From Cyanobacteria bacterium P01_F01_bin.150 (GTDB lineage: Bacteria; Cyanobacteriota; Cyanobacteriia; CAKZMO01): DNA of 64,000 bases. The position numbers were made by a program, and so were the translations under genes. This document shows, piece after piece, positions 20,293-31,350 of the stretch. The number at the start of each line of letters is the position of its first letter. Position 1 is the stretch's first letter. A model generated the notes under the pieces. It worked only from the letters and a program-made list of their open reading frames with translations. It made no database searches and was not told where the DNA came from. The DNA lies in NCBI GenBank assembly GCA_039189765.1, contig JBCCYL010000003.1:96001-160000 (forward strand). Direction: 5' to 3'.

Positions 20293-20517
20293 ATTGTGCC
20301 TCGTGATGCTGCTATCCTATGGCAAATTATGGCGTAGCATCTGCACAGCGTGAAGGGGAAGGGCGATCGCCTTCATAGAGCTATAGACTTCTTCCAGGAT
20401 TACTGGGAGTCTGCGATCAGGAAAGGCTTCCAGTAAGCTTAAAAGGATTACTAATATAGTGAATGCTCTGTGGTATCTCAATTTGTTCAATTGCTGGTCC
20501 GCTCTTCTACCACCCTA

Positions 20518-21348
20518 ATGAAGAGATTAATGTCTTTGACTACGGTTTGGGTCGTGCTGGTTTTAGCTGTTGGGATGCTGAGCGAGCCAGCGTGGGCCGG
20601 AGCATTGCCTCAACTACCGCTGTTTAGGACCCAACATGAATTGAGCGATCGCATTGCATCGTTTCCAAACTGGACCACTAAGCCACCAGTAAAAGACTCT
20701 GAAGGAGATTTGGTCTATCCTGACTGGTTTGAAGGGGAGTGGCAGATGACGTCAACCCTCGTGAATATGGTAGCTCCACTGGCACCTGACGTGATCACGC
20801 CAGGGTTTGAGGGAAATCGGCAGTTTTTAGACCGACCCATTACAGCTCCCATTCGATTTGTCAGAAAGCCGGTGGAAAGCGGTCGGTTTTTGGGCCAAAG
20901 CATTAAGGCACAAGAAAAAGTGGTCTCGGATCGGGCCTTTAATGGGTTAAGTTTGGCGCGGGCTTACCTGGGGGATGAAGCCGTAGATGATGTAAAGGTC
21001 GATCCGGATAATGCTAATCGTCAGATTACGTTTCTAAATGATGGACAACAGTTAAGTTCTACTGTAACGGGACGATTAGTGGAGCAGGCGGCTGACGATA
21101 GATTTACTACGACAGAGATTTTTCAGCAGTTTTTTGGGGGCGATCGCCCCACCATCTACCTAAATGCAGTCGAAAATACAACCGCCTATCATCAGATTGA
21201 TTCCGAAGAGGATGTCCAAACGTCTCCCGTAATTACGGCGGATCAAATTACTGCTATTTACCTATCGCCTCAAGACCCAGACTACTTTAAAGCTAGGGAT
21301 AAACCCGTGGCTCTTTATCGTTATCGCCTGGATCTTAAGCGAGACTGA
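20518..21348 (+). CDS. Conserved cyanobacterial exported protein (DUF6816-like)
   Basis: Signal peptide ending PAWA; GDLVYPDWFEGEW, DRAFNG and YLSPQDPDYF motifs. Confidence 0.7.
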   Translation: MKRLMSLTTVWVVLVLAVGMLSEPAWAGALPQLPLFRTQHELSDRIASFPNWTTKPPVKDSEGDLVYPDWFEGEWQMTSTLVNMVAPLAPDVITPGFEGNRQFLDRPITAPIRFVRKPVESGRFLGQSIKAQEKVVSDRAFNGLSLARAYLGDEAVDDVKVDPDNANRQITFLNDGQQLSSTVTGRLVEQAADDRFTTTEIFQQFFGGDRPTIYLNAVENTTAYHQIDSEEDVQTSPVITADQITAIYLSPQDPDYFKARDKPVALYRYRLDLKRD

Positions 21349-21374
21349 GGGGCTTGCAAAAAAATGGACTAGCT

Positions 21375-21412
21375 GGTGCGTTACGGCTGTCGCCTACACG
21401 CACCCTACGCGA
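21375..21412 (-). repeat. GTAG-type REP-like element, copy 2
   Basis: ggtgcgttacggctgtcgcctacacgcaccctacgcga, lying between convergent stop codons. Confidence 0.85.
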
Positions 21413-21422
21413 GCTGATGCTT

Positions 21423-24400
21423 CTAGACAAAGTCAGCACTGGTGATTTGGTTTACGTCAACTCCGACTAGAATAGCGACTTGATTTTGTCCTTGGGACAG
21501 GATGGTATTGTTGCCCTCTTGAGTCAGGGTGAGTTTATTAAATTTAACGCCTCTCAGCAAATCAGTGCCATCTTGGAATTTGCGAATGGTATCGGGTCCT
21601 CCCTTCTTAGAAAGAACGAAAATATCCTTTCCTCCGCCACCAATTAGCAGGTCTTCCCCTTTACCTCCAACTAATTTATCGTTGCCGCCGCCCCCTTTAA
21701 GAACATCGTTGCCCTTACCGCCTTTGAGAGTGTCATTACCGCCGCCGCCGATTAGGACATCGTCTCCATTGCCGCCCTTAAGATTGTCTCGACCCTGGCC
21801 ACCTACTAGACGATCGTTGCCGTTAAAACCCAGCAATTTATCGTTCCCTCCTTGTCCTTTAATCGTGTCGTTAGCATCGCTACCGACTAGGCGATCGCCA
21901 CTGGCACTACCCACAAGATCTAAGGAAGCAGAAGCACCATCATCGCTTTTAGGGGTAAGAACATCCGTTGAGGTATCCAGGTCATTAGCGGTTGGAGATG
22001 TCGTTGGTGTAGTCGGCGTTATTGTGGCCGTATCATCACTGGGAGTCGTTGTCGGCGTTGTCGGCGTTGTTGTTGGCGTTGTTGTTGGCGTTGTTGTTGG
22101 GGTGGTTATGGGAGGCGTTACTACGACCGGAGCCTCTGCGATGGTGAGAACCATCTGGTTGGCCACGCTTAAGCCAGCTCGGTCTGTGGCCATAACCTCA
22201 AGCGTTAGCTGTCCTACATCACTATCTGTGGGGGTACCGCTAAAGGTTTGGGTATTTCCATTGAAGACTAGCCAACTGGGCAAAGCTGCACCGTTGGATT
22301 GTTTTGCACTAAAGGTTAGGCGATCGCTTGGGTCCACATCTGCAAACGTACCGTCAGGCACAGTCGCCGTAAAGGCAACGGTTGCGGTGGCAGAGGCATC
22401 GGCCAGAGGACTGGCGACAGTGGGGGCATTGTTGGCAATCACATTCAGTTCAAAGGTGTCTTCTGTGGATTGATTATCTTGGTCCGTGGCGGTAACTGTC
22501 ACCCGAATGGTTCCCACATCGCCATCGGTGGGTTGACCACTAAAGGTTTGGGTCATGACATCAAAGGTAAGCCAGCCGGGCAAAACGCTGCCATCGTCAA
22601 GATTTGCCGTATATGTCAATTGATCATTAATATCCACATCTTGGAACGTAAGCGGGTCAACGGCCATATCAAAAGTGGCTCCAGCGATCGCCACCTGGTC
22701 GGCCAGCGGATTGATAGTGGTAGGCGCATCGTTTAATGGTTCCACCAGTAATTCAAAGGTTTCTACTGTGGACACGGTACCATCACTAACGCTAACGCTA
22801 ATGGTGGCTGTACCGACCTGATTAGATTGTGGCGTGACGGTAAGAGTACGACTATCACCACTGCCAGTTATAGCAAGTCCATCCACTGTCACTAGATCGG
22901 GATTTGAAGAGGTAGCAACAACCGCAAGCGCCCCAGAGGGGGTTTCAGTATCGCTCAAATTGTTAATCTCAACAGTGACGCTGGTGTCCTCATCAAGGGT
23001 TTGGTCGCTGATGGCATCCATTTGAGGCGCATCATTGCTTGCAGCAACAGTGACATCAAACTGGGTAGAGACCTCATCGGTGCCATCACTGGTAGTAACG
23101 GTGACAGTCGCACGTCCTGACTGGTCCGCAGCAGGGGTAATGGAAAGGCTGCGATCGCTCCCCGTCCCGTCTAAGACCAAACCGGATTGGGGCAATAACG
23201 CTGAATCGGACGAAGTAACACTTACCGTCAGATTGTCAGGATCGAGTTCTAAATCATCCAATCGAATGGCGATCGCATCAATCACCCCATCTTCATCCAC
23301 CGTCTGGTCGGCGATCGCCTCGATCATTGGCACATCATTTACGGCTTCTACATCCACCGTAAAGCTATCGGTAGTGATATTTGTGCCATCATTTACCGTT
23401 ATCGTTAGTGTCGTTGTGCCAAAGGCATTCGCGACAGGTTCCAAACTGAGAGTGCGATTTTCGCCATTGCCGCCAAGCATAATATTGGCATCGGGCAAGA
23501 GCCCAGGATTGGAGGACGTAACCGTCACCAGCAAGTTGTTGGCATTAGTTTCCAAGTCGCTAACTGTAAATGGAATATTGGTAAGGGGGGTATCTTCTAG
23601 TGTTGTTTGGGCGATTGGAACCTGTAGCGTTGGCGCATCATCAACCGGATCAACAACAACATCAAAGATTTGGGTGGCGGTAGCAAAGCCATCACTGAGG
23701 GTAAGGGTAATGGTGCTGGAACCAATAGCATTGGCGCTAGGAGTAATAGATAGAGTGCGATCGCTGCCTGAGCCTTCCACCACAATATTATTGACGGGAA
23801 TCAGTTCAGGATTGGAGGACGCTGCCGTAATCGTCAACGCTCCCGCTGGGCTTTCCACATCAGATACTTGAACCGAAATATTGGTAAGGGATGTATCTTC
23901 CGCCGTGCGTTGAGTGGCGATTGGCCCTAAAACTGGCGCATCGTTATCCGGCACCACCGTAATTTCAAAGGTTTGGGTAGAGATATTGGTGCCGTCGCTA
24001 ACCTTTACGGTAATTTCAGTGGTGCCAAACTGATCGGGGGCAGGCAGGATCGTCAAACTGCGATTGGCGGTTGTCCCAGTAATCGTGATATTTTCGTCAG
24101 GAATCAACACCGTATCGGTGGACGTAGCACTGACCAATAAGGCACCAACTGGGTTGTCAGAATCCGCAACCACAAACTCAATGGGGGCAGAAAGCGTATC
24201 TTCTAAGGTGCTCTGTGCATCAATAACCGACACAATGGGCGCATCGTTATCGGCTCCAACGGTCACAGCAAAAGAGGTCTCTGTGGTTTTATCTCCATCA
24301 GTGACCATTAGGGTAACAGTGGTGCTGCCGGACTGATCAGCCTCTGGGGTAAGCACTAGGGAGCGACTAGTGCCAGTCCCGCTGATAGCGATGCCGTTGG

Positions 24401-27400
24401 GCGTCAGCAGATCTAAGTTAGAAGAGGTCGCAGTAATGCTTAACCCGCCGATGTCGGAGTCAATATCATCCACGGTAAAGGGAATGGCATTGGAAAATCC
24501 ATCTTCAGAAATCGCCTGATTGGAAATAGTTGAGATGCTGGGAGCATCATTGACGGGAGTAACCGTTAACTCAAAGTCTTGGCTGCTGGATGTAATTCCA
24601 TCACTAACCGTCACGGTAACCATGGTGGTTCCAGATGCATCTTCGGCTGGAGTAATGGCGATCGCCCGTTCACTGCCCGTGCCCGCAATGGTAATATTTT
24701 CGTCCGGAACCAAAGCACCGTCAGCCGCTGTGGCCGTAACGGTAAGCTCCCCAGCGCTATGGTCAAGATCAGAGATGGTAACCATGATTGGAGAAGTTGT
24801 GCCGTCTTCTGCAACCGACTGATCTGCTATTACAGATAGGGTAGGAGCATCATTTTCAGCAGCGACAATCACCTCAAACATCTCAGTTGTTGTAATGTCG
24901 CCATCGTCCACCAAAAGAGTAATAGTAGCCGTGCCGCTGCTGTTGCTGACGGGAGAAATGCTTAGGGTGCGGTCATTTCCCCTACCGCCAAGGATAATTT
25001 GGCTGGAGGGAATTAAAGCCGAATTGTCAGAGGTGGCCGTAACCGTGATCGCCTCAGCATCCGTTTCCAAATCATCAACGGTAAAGTTTAAGGCTGCAAC
25101 GGTGCCATCTTCTGCAATTAGCTGGTCGGCGATCGCAGTAATCGTCGGCTGATCGTTGACTGCATTGACAACCACATCAAAGGTCTGGGTGACGGTGGCT
25201 TCTCCATCATTAACGGCAATAGTAATCGCCGTAGTGCCGGACAAATCGGCATTGGGAGTAATAGTTAGAAATCGCTCGCTGCCTGTGCCCGTAATGACAA
25301 TATTGTTGTTGGGGACTAAGGTGGTGTTAGAAGACGTAGCCGTGACCAGTAGGTTTTCCGCTGCCGTTTCAATATCACCAATGGCGATCGCCAGCCCGTC
25401 TATGGGAGTGTCCTCATCGGTTATTTGGGTGGCGATCGCCGCTAACGTGGGTTGATCATTATCAGGGACGACCACAACTTCAAAGGTCTCTTCTGTCAGT
25501 AGGCTGCCATCATTGACGCCAAGGGTAATCATGGTAGTGCCAAATTGATTCACCGCAGGGGTGACGGTGATCGTCCGATTTGCGCCGTTGCCACCTAGGG
25601 TAATCGCGCCATTGGGAATCAGCGCTTGATTGGAGGATATAGCCGTAACCACCAGGTCTTCAGTTAGGGTCTCCACATCACCAATGGTAAAGCTGATCGC
25701 CTCACTCCGGCTATCTTCGACGATGATCTGATTGCCAATGGAGCTGAGGGTCGGTGCATCATTCTCCTCTCCCACTGACAAATTAAAGGTTTCCGTTATC
25801 CGATCAACCCCATCGTTAACGGTGATAGTGATAATAGCTGAACCAGAGGTATTGCTGGCAGGGTTTAGGGTCAGCGTTCGATCTTGACCCGAACCGCCTA
25901 GAACAATGCCATTAGCTGGCAGTAAATCGGGGTTGGAGGATGTCGCGGTAATGATTAGACTATCCGGAGCCGTCTCCACATCACTAACGCTAAAGGTCAG
26001 CCCTGAGACCGTCTCGTCTTCTCCGATCGCCTGGTCTTCAATGGCCGTAATCGTGGGCAAATCGTTTTCGGGAGAGACAACCACATCAAAGGTTTGAGAA
26101 ACCGTATTATTTCCGTCATCCTCTAGCTGAACCGTAATGGTTGCCGTGCCAAAAGCATTGGCCACAGGGGTAAAGGAAAGCGTTCGAGCGGTACCGCTAC
26201 CGCTGACCACAATGGCGTCATTGGGCAATAGATCCGTATTATCTGAACTCGCGGCAATGGTGAACAAACTGGTGGGAGTATCCACATCATTGACGCTAAA
26301 AGGAATGGATACCGTATTGCTATCCTCCAAAAGCTGCTGGTCGTTAAAGATGGACAGCACAGGGGCGTCGTTTTCTGGAGCTACCACTACATCAAAGGTC
26401 TCGGTAGTAGTGTTCAGCCCATCTTCAACCGTTACGGTAATCGTGGCGGTGCCAAACTGATCGGCGGCGGGGGTAATGGTTAGGGTGCGATCGCCCCCAA
26501 TCCCCGATAGCTGAATATTGTCGTTGGGAATCAGGGTTGTATCAGAGGACATGGCCTGAACCGTCAACGTGTGAATGGCATCATCCACATCATCGATTTG
26601 AACGGCGATCGCCTCCGTTACCCCATCTTCAGCAATTGCCTGGTCGCCAATACTGCTAATAGTAGGGGCATCGTTTTCCGGCGATACGGTGACGCTAAAG
26701 GTCTCAGTGGTGGTGAGGTTTCCATCCCCCACAGTAATCGTAATATCGGTAGTCCCCGTTTGATTGGCTATCGGATCAATGGTGATAGTGCGGCTATCTC
26801 CCGTCCCCGTGGCCACTAAGCTATCCACCAGCGTCGTATTGGAGGAGCTAACGTTAACAGTTAACGTATCGCTGGCGGTTTCAGCATCACCAATGGTAAA
26901 CGTAAAGGCATTATTGGTGCTGTCTTCAAGGATGACGCGATCGCTAACCGCACTAATGGTGGGGGCATCGTTTTCTGGATCGACCGTAACCGTAAAGGTT
27001 TCTTCAGTTGTGTTTTCCCCATCCGTAACGCTGAGGGTAATTATGGCAGTCCCTGACTGATTTGGCTCAGGGGTGATAGAAAGGGTTCGAGCGTCGCCAA
27101 ACCCCAGTAACTCAATATTGTCATTGGCAATCAAAGCCTGATTATCCGAGACAGCGGTGACCTGGAGAGCAAGGGACGGAGATTCAATATCACTGATGGT
27201 AAAGGGAATCGCCGTAATTGCTGTGTCTTCCGTGGTTGTTTGATCGCTAACGGCATTGATAGTGGGAGCATCATTATCAGGCGTTATGGTGACATCAAAG
27301 GTCTCCGTAACGGCATCAGCGCCATCATCCACTGTCAGAGTAATCGTGGCCGTGCCGTATCCATCGGCGGCTGGGGTCACGGTGATGGTGCGATTCTCCC

Positions 27401-29714
27401 CGGCTCCATCAATTTGAATATTACCATCGGGAATTAGGGTGCCATTGGAAGAGACTGCGGTTACGGTCAGATTTGCCGCAGCTGTTTCCAAATCACCAAC
27501 CGTAAAGGCTAGCGCAGCAGTGCTACCGTCCTCGATAATCTGTTGATTATCAACGGAGCTAATCGTCGGTAGATCATTTACGGGCGTCACGGCAACCTCA
27601 AAGGTCTCCGTGGAACTCTTGTCGCCATCGCTAATGGTTAAGGTAATCGTTGCCGTGCCGTTAGCATCTGCCGCTGGGGTCACGGTAACCGTGCGGTTCT
27701 CTCCGGTTCCAGTGACGACGATGTTACCGTCAGAGATTAGCGTGGTATCCGAGGAGCTACCCACAACCGTTAAGCCGTTGACGTTGGAATCAATATCGCT
27801 GAGGGTAAAGGCGATCGCCCCCGTATTTCCATCCTCGTCAATTACCTGATCCGCAATAGTTGTACTGATAGGCGTATCATTAACCGGATCCACGGTAATC
27901 GCAAACATTTGACTAGCGGTTTTATCCCCATCACTTACAGTCACGGTAATATCGGCAGTTCCGACCCCATCCGTAACGGGATTCACCACTAGGGTGCGAT
28001 TGGCCCCCGTGCCAAACACCTCAATGCCCGCATTGGCCACCACCGAGGAGTCAGAGGAGGTCGCGGTAATCGTTAATTCGCCCGAATCGTTGTCGATATC
28101 CCCCAGAGTTAGGGCAATGGCTTGGCTGGGGGTGTCTTCATCGGTATTTTGATTGGCGATCGCTGCAATAGTCGGGGCATCGTTATCTGGATTAACCGTA
28201 ACCTCAAAGGTTTGCTGAGTGGTATTTACACCATCGCTAACGTTAACCGTAATTACCGCAGTTCCAAATTGATCAGCGGTCGGGCTTAAACTAATGCTCT
28301 GATTAGCCCCCGTTCCGTTGACCGTAATAGCATTGTCAGCAATTAAAGCCTGGTTGGAGGATGTCGCTGTTACCGTCAAGCTATCGGTCAATGTTTCCTG
28401 ATCGCCAATAGTAAAGGCGACATTTGCAAGATCCGTGTCTTCTAGAGTTTCCTGATTGGCGATCGCACTCACCGTTGGCGCATCGTTGACCTCATTGACC
28501 TGGACATCAAATGTCTCCGTTGTAGTATTTACACCATCACTGACCTGGAGCGTAATTGTGGCTTGCCCTGACGCTTCAGCTACGGGGGTGACAGTAACGC
28601 TACGATCAGCCCCAGTACCGCTGATCACAATATCACCGTCGGCCACAATCCCCTGATCGCTGGATACGGCAGAAACCGTTAAATTACCGGCATTCGTTTC
28701 TTCATCACCAACGGTAAAGGATAGGGCTGTCGTACTGCCATCTTCGTCAATGGCCTGATCCGCAACCGCGCTAATCGTAGGCGCATCATTTTCCGCCGTA
28801 ACGGTAACGGTAAAGATTTCTTCTGTGACGTTAATGCCGTCGCTAACGGTAACGGTAATAATGGCCGTCCCAGATTGGTTCGCAGCGGGGAGAAAGGCAA
28901 TGGATTGATTGTTGCCTGTTCCTACTACCTGGATATTCTCATCAGGAAACAGGGCCAAATTACTGGATGATGTGGTGATAATCAGGTCATTGGCATCGAT
29001 AGTCTCAGTATCGGCGATGGTAAAGGCCAAAACTGTTGCATTAGCATCTTCCGCAATAATCTGATCGTCAATGGCACTAATGGTCGGCGGGGTGTTGAAA
29101 ACACCCGCGTAGGTTTGTTGTGTATCGGGGGCGATCGCAATGCTCGATTGTAAATCAGCCGCCAGTTCTCCAATACGATGCTCCAGCCCCCACACGCCTC
29201 CAAGCAAGGCATTTCCAACCTTATACGCCGATGCCGCAATGCTAGCTCCAGTCAGTTGGTGTAGTGTCCTCAGAAAAGATGGAGCAGACAATTGAGAGGC
29301 ATGCTCAAGGGATGCAGCCACTTCACAGGCATAAAGGCAAATTTCAACAACCCCCCAGGATTGCAGCAACAGGCGGTACTGCTCTAAATCCGCAGAGGTA
29401 ACCGTCTGTCCTCCTAAAGACAACTGCCCTGGAGCACCGTGACAGAAAATATGGAGATGGGTAATGGGATTGCTTTGAAGGGTAGCAGTGGCGATCGCAT
29501 CGCTGATCTCCTGTAGACCACCATTTGCATTTAGAACCAGCGAAGTCGCATTTGAAGAGAGGCCATTAACCAGCGCTTGAGGGTCGTCTACAAGGGAATC
29601 AATCACGACCAAAAGATTGGGCGTGGGTTTGAGATTTAAAGTTGAATAAGAAGCAGTTCCGGAAAGAGTCTGGCCGAAATTTAGAGTATTGGTAGTCTGA
29701 CCCACAAGCGCCAT
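21423..29714 (-). CDS. Giant surface adhesin: DUF4347 + about 21 cadherin/Ig-like ~100-aa repeats + 2 putative-Ig (He_PIG/CADG) domains + Pro/Thr linker + RTX Ca-binding repeats
   Basis: LHIFCHGAPG and LYACEVA (DUF4347); recurring NDAP...DED units; LPxWLxF...FSGxP; GGxGxD nonapeptides at the C-terminus. No Sec signal seen. Confidence 0.92.
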   Translation of the reverse strand: MALVGQTTNTLNFGQTLSGTASYSTLNLKPTPNLLVVIDSLVDDPQALVNGLSSNATSLVLNANGGLQEISDAIATATLQSNPITHLHIFCHGAPGQLSLGGQTVTSADLEQYRLLLQSWGVVEICLYACEVAASLEHASQLSAPSFLRTLHQLTGASIAASAYKVGNALLGGVWGLEHRIGELAADLQSSIAIAPDTQQTYAGVFNTPPTISAIDDQIIAEDANATVLAFTIADTETIDANDLIITTSSSNLALFPDENIQVVGTGNNQSIAFLPAANQSGTAIITVTVSDGINVTEEIFTVTVTAENDAPTISAVADQAIDEDGSTTALSFTVGDEETNAGNLTVSAVSSDQGIVADGDIVISGTGADRSVTVTPVAEASGQATITLQVSDGVNTTTETFDVQVNEVNDAPTVSAIANQETLEDTDLANVAFTIGDQETLTDSLTVTATSSNQALIADNAITVNGTGANQSISLSPTADQFGTAVITVNVSDGVNTTQQTFEVTVNPDNDAPTIAAIANQNTDEDTPSQAIALTLGDIDNDSGELTITATSSDSSVVANAGIEVFGTGANRTLVVNPVTDGVGTADITVTVSDGDKTASQMFAITVDPVNDTPISTTIADQVIDEDGNTGAIAFTLSDIDSNVNGLTVVGSSSDTTLISDGNIVVTGTGENRTVTVTPAADANGTATITLTISDGDKSSTETFEVAVTPVNDLPTISSVDNQQIIEDGSTAALAFTVGDLETAAANLTVTAVSSNGTLIPDGNIQIDGAGENRTITVTPAADGYGTATITLTVDDGADAVTETFDVTITPDNDAPTINAVSDQTTTEDTAITAIPFTISDIESPSLALQVTAVSDNQALIANDNIELLGFGDARTLSITPEPNQSGTAIITLSVTDGENTTEETFTVTVDPENDAPTISAVSDRVILEDSTNNAFTFTIGDAETASDTLTVNVSSSNTTLVDSLVATGTGDSRTITIDPIANQTGTTDITITVGDGNLTTTETFSVTVSPENDAPTISSIGDQAIAEDGVTEAIAVQIDDVDDAIHTLTVQAMSSDTTLIPNDNIQLSGIGGDRTLTITPAADQFGTATITVTVEDGLNTTTETFDVVVAPENDAPVLSIFNDQQLLEDSNTVSIPFSVNDVDTPTSLFTIAASSDNTDLLPNDAIVVSGSGTARTLSFTPVANAFGTATITVQLEDDGNNTVSQTFDVVVSPENDLPTITAIEDQAIGEDETVSGLTFSVSDVETAPDSLIITATSSNPDLLPANGIVLGGSGQDRTLTLNPASNTSGSAIITITVNDGVDRITETFNLSVGEENDAPTLSSIGNQIIVEDSRSEAISFTIGDVETLTEDLVVTAISSNQALIPNGAITLGGNGANRTITVTPAVNQFGTTMITLGVNDGSLLTEETFEVVVVPDNDQPTLAAIATQITDEDTPIDGLAIAIGDIETAAENLLVTATSSNTTLVPNNNIVITGTGSERFLTITPNADLSGTTAITIAVNDGEATVTQTFDVVVNAVNDQPTITAIADQLIAEDGTVAALNFTVDDLETDAEAITVTATSDNSALIPSSQIILGGRGNDRTLSISPVSNSSGTATITLLVDDGDITTTEMFEVIVAAENDAPTLSVIADQSVAEDGTTSPIMVTISDLDHSAGELTVTATAADGALVPDENITIAGTGSERAIAITPAEDASGTTMVTVTVSDGITSSSQDFELTVTPVNDAPSISTISNQAISEDGFSNAIPFTVDDIDSDIGGLSITATSSNLDLLTPNGIAISGTGTSRSLVLTPEADQSGSTTVTLMVTDGDKTTETSFAVTVGADNDAPIVSVIDAQSTLEDTLSAPIEFVVADSDNPVGALLVSATSTDTVLIPDENITITGTTANRSLTILPAPDQFGTTEITVKVSDGTNISTQTFEITVVPDNDAPVLGPIATQRTAEDTSLTNISVQVSDVESPAGALTITAASSNPELIPVNNIVVEGSGSDRTLSITPSANAIGSSTITLTLSDGFATATQIFDVVVDPVDDAPTLQVPIAQTTLEDTPLTNIPFTVSDLETNANNLLVTVTSSNPGLLPDANIMLGGNGENRTLSLEPVANAFGTTTLTITVNDGTNITTDSFTVDVEAVNDVPMIEAIADQTVDEDGVIDAIAIRLDDLELDPDNLTVSVTSSDSALLPQSGLVLDGTGSDRSLSITPAADQSGRATVTVTTSDGTDEVSTQFDVTVAASNDAPQMDAISDQTLDEDTSVTVEINNLSDTETPSGALAVVATSSNPDLVTVDGLAITGSGDSRTLTVTPQSNQVGTATISVSVSDGTVSTVETFELLVEPLNDAPTTINPLADQVAIAGATFDMAVDPLTFQDVDINDQLTYTANLDDGSVLPGWLTFDVMTQTFSGQPTDGDVGTIRVTVTATDQDNQSTEDTFELNVIANNAPTVASPLADASATATVAFTATVPDGTFADVDPSDRLTFSAKQSNGAALPSWLVFNGNTQTFSGTPTDSDVGQLTLEVMATDRAGLSVANQMVLTIAEAPVVVTPPITTPTTTPTTTPTTTPTTPTTTPSDDTATITPTTPTTSPTANDLDTSTDVLTPKSDDGASASLDLVGSASGDRLVGSDANDTIKGQGGNDKLLGFNGNDRLVGGQGRDNLKGGNGDDVLIGGGGNDTLKGGKGNDVLKGGGGNDKLVGGKGEDLLIGGGGKDIFVLSKKGGPDTIRKFQDGTDLLRGVKFNKLTLTQEGNNTILSQGQNQVAILVGVDVNQITSADFV

Positions 29715-29891
29715 AGATAAAAGATCCCCTTAGTTAGTCTTGCAGCTCCCTGAAAAGTATTCAGACAGTTTGCATCTGGAGACCAGACCACCTATTGCTC
29801 AATGGACGTCACTTATTCGGGGTCACGAAATCGACTGCATTAAAGAATCTAATACGCAGTAAGGCTATTTCTGAAAAAGAATTTACCGCTT

Positions 29892-29922
29892 GTAGGATGG
29901 GTTAGCGATAGCGTAACCCATC
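29892..29922 (+). repeat. GTAG-type REP-like hairpin
   Basis: GTAG-gatgggtta-gcgatagcg-taacccatc. Confidence 0.7.
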
Positions 29923-30191
29923 TGCGTTGGTATATTTATTTCAAGAAATCACTTAAGTGCATTTAATCCTACATTGCAGAGTGCTATTCGTTGGTTCTAT
30001 TGCAATCGACAGAAGCCAACCAATGCTTAGCGCTCAAACCTGTTCCTGATTCAGTGATAGTACGCGATTAGCAGATAGACAGTTTGATCTGAACATCAAA
30101 AAGTATGGCACCACGTAAATTACTTCCTAATCAGAAAAATCACCGATTTGAGTTCAAAGCCAGATAGATATGGGGGCAGAGGCAGGTTAGA

Positions 30192-31217
30192 TTACGGATT
30201 AGCAACAGCAACAGATAGTTCGTTGGAAAAATTCTGGCGAATCCATTTGAGGCTGAGGTTTGCCACCTCCCGTGGAACTTCATCTTGGGGACAATGGCCT
30301 GCATTATTCAGCACAACAAAGTCATCCACTGAATCAAAATCCGCCCACGGCTTAGCCATATCCATCGGTTCCCATGGATCGTCCTGGCCCCATAAAATCA
30401 AGGCTCGACAGGGGAGCTGAGAATACAGGTCCTCCGGTAACGGCCCTTGGGAATAGCGAGTAAAGGCGGCAAATACATCCGCTGCACCGGGGTCTGCGGC
30501 TGGCCCCATCAGAATATCCACCAGTTCATCCGTCACCGCATCCGGCTGAGCATAGGCCTGGAGCAAGACTTGTCGTACCGTTCGGGGACGGGCCAGGGCG
30601 CTAAAAAACAAACGGCTAAACCAGGACATTCCCAGCATCGATTGAATAATCGGCGTACTAAGCTGCTGATGCCATGGAATTTGGCTGCGTCGCCGTTCGT
30701 GGAGCATCCGCACGGAGCAGTTAATGGTAACAACGCCTTGGAATAGATCTGGGTAGGCGATCGCCGCCTGCATTGCCGCAATACAGCCAATGGAATTGCC
30801 AATCAAGAAGGCGGGAGTCTGCACCACTTCCCGACAAAAATCTCCAAGCTGCTGGCCCCAGGTTTCAAAGGTATAGGGCAACGGGTCCCCCGGCGTGGGC
30901 TTATCTGAACCGCCAAATCCCAGCAAATCAATGGCATACACCCGACAGGACTCAGCCATCAGTGGCATAACCTTACGCCAGTGCCCCCATGAGGCCCCAA
31001 AACCATGCACTAAGATCACTGCAGGTTTCTGAAGCTCCTGGGATTTATCTTCTGAGCCATTTTCCCCATGGTTCTCTTCTCCCTGGACCTGATAGCAAAT
31101 ATTAAAACCTCGCCACTGCCAAGACTTTGCAGGGGGAAACGACTCGATGGACGTCGAGTATCTAGTTAAGTCGGTAGCGTTTGTCAAAGAATCGGAAGTC
31201 GCAGGCATAGAACTCAT
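30192..31217 (-). CDS. Alpha/beta fold hydrolase
   Basis: LVHGFGAS, DLLGFG, nucleophile GNSIG, WGQDD, GHCPQDE. Confidence 0.92.
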   Translation of the reverse strand: MSSMPATSDSLTNATDLTRYSTSIESFPPAKSWQWRGFNICYQVQGEENHGENGSEDKSQELQKPAVILVHGFGASWGHWRKVMPLMAESCRVYAIDLLGFGGSDKPTPGDPLPYTFETWGQQLGDFCREVVQTPAFLIGNSIGCIAAMQAAIAYPDLFQGVVTINCSVRMLHERRRSQIPWHQQLSTPIIQSMLGMSWFSRLFFSALARPRTVRQVLLQAYAQPDAVTDELVDILMGPAADPGAADVFAAFTRYSQGPLPEDLYSQLPCRALILWGQDDPWEPMDMAKPWADFDSVDDFVVLNNAGHCPQDEVPREVANLSLKWIRQNFSNELSVAVANP

Positions 31218-31302
31218 ATCGCACGCCGAGAGTAACAGTCAGAATTTTACAATATGTTAACGCAGGACAGGATTAGTCCCCATAATGGAGCTTAGGAATG
31301 GA

Positions 31303-31350
31303 TGAGTTTTGAGTTTTGAGTTTTGAATTTTGAGTTTTGAGTTTTGAATT
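31303..31350. repeat. Heptamer tandem repeat (TTTTGAG)n
   Basis: About 7 units of tgagttt/tgaattt. Confidence 0.9.

Noticed and set aside
21529..28900. Many plus-strand ORFs inside the giant adhesin
   Set aside because: Antisense shadows of a repetitive Thr/Val/Asp-rich gene, with no recognisable motifs.
29715..30191. c-di-GMP riboswitch ahead of the adhesin
   Set aside because: Could not match the class I or class II consensus by eye; an Infernal search would settle it.
31303..31350. Short tandem repeats as a CRISPR array
   Set aside because: Contiguous heptamers without spacers; no cas genes in the window.
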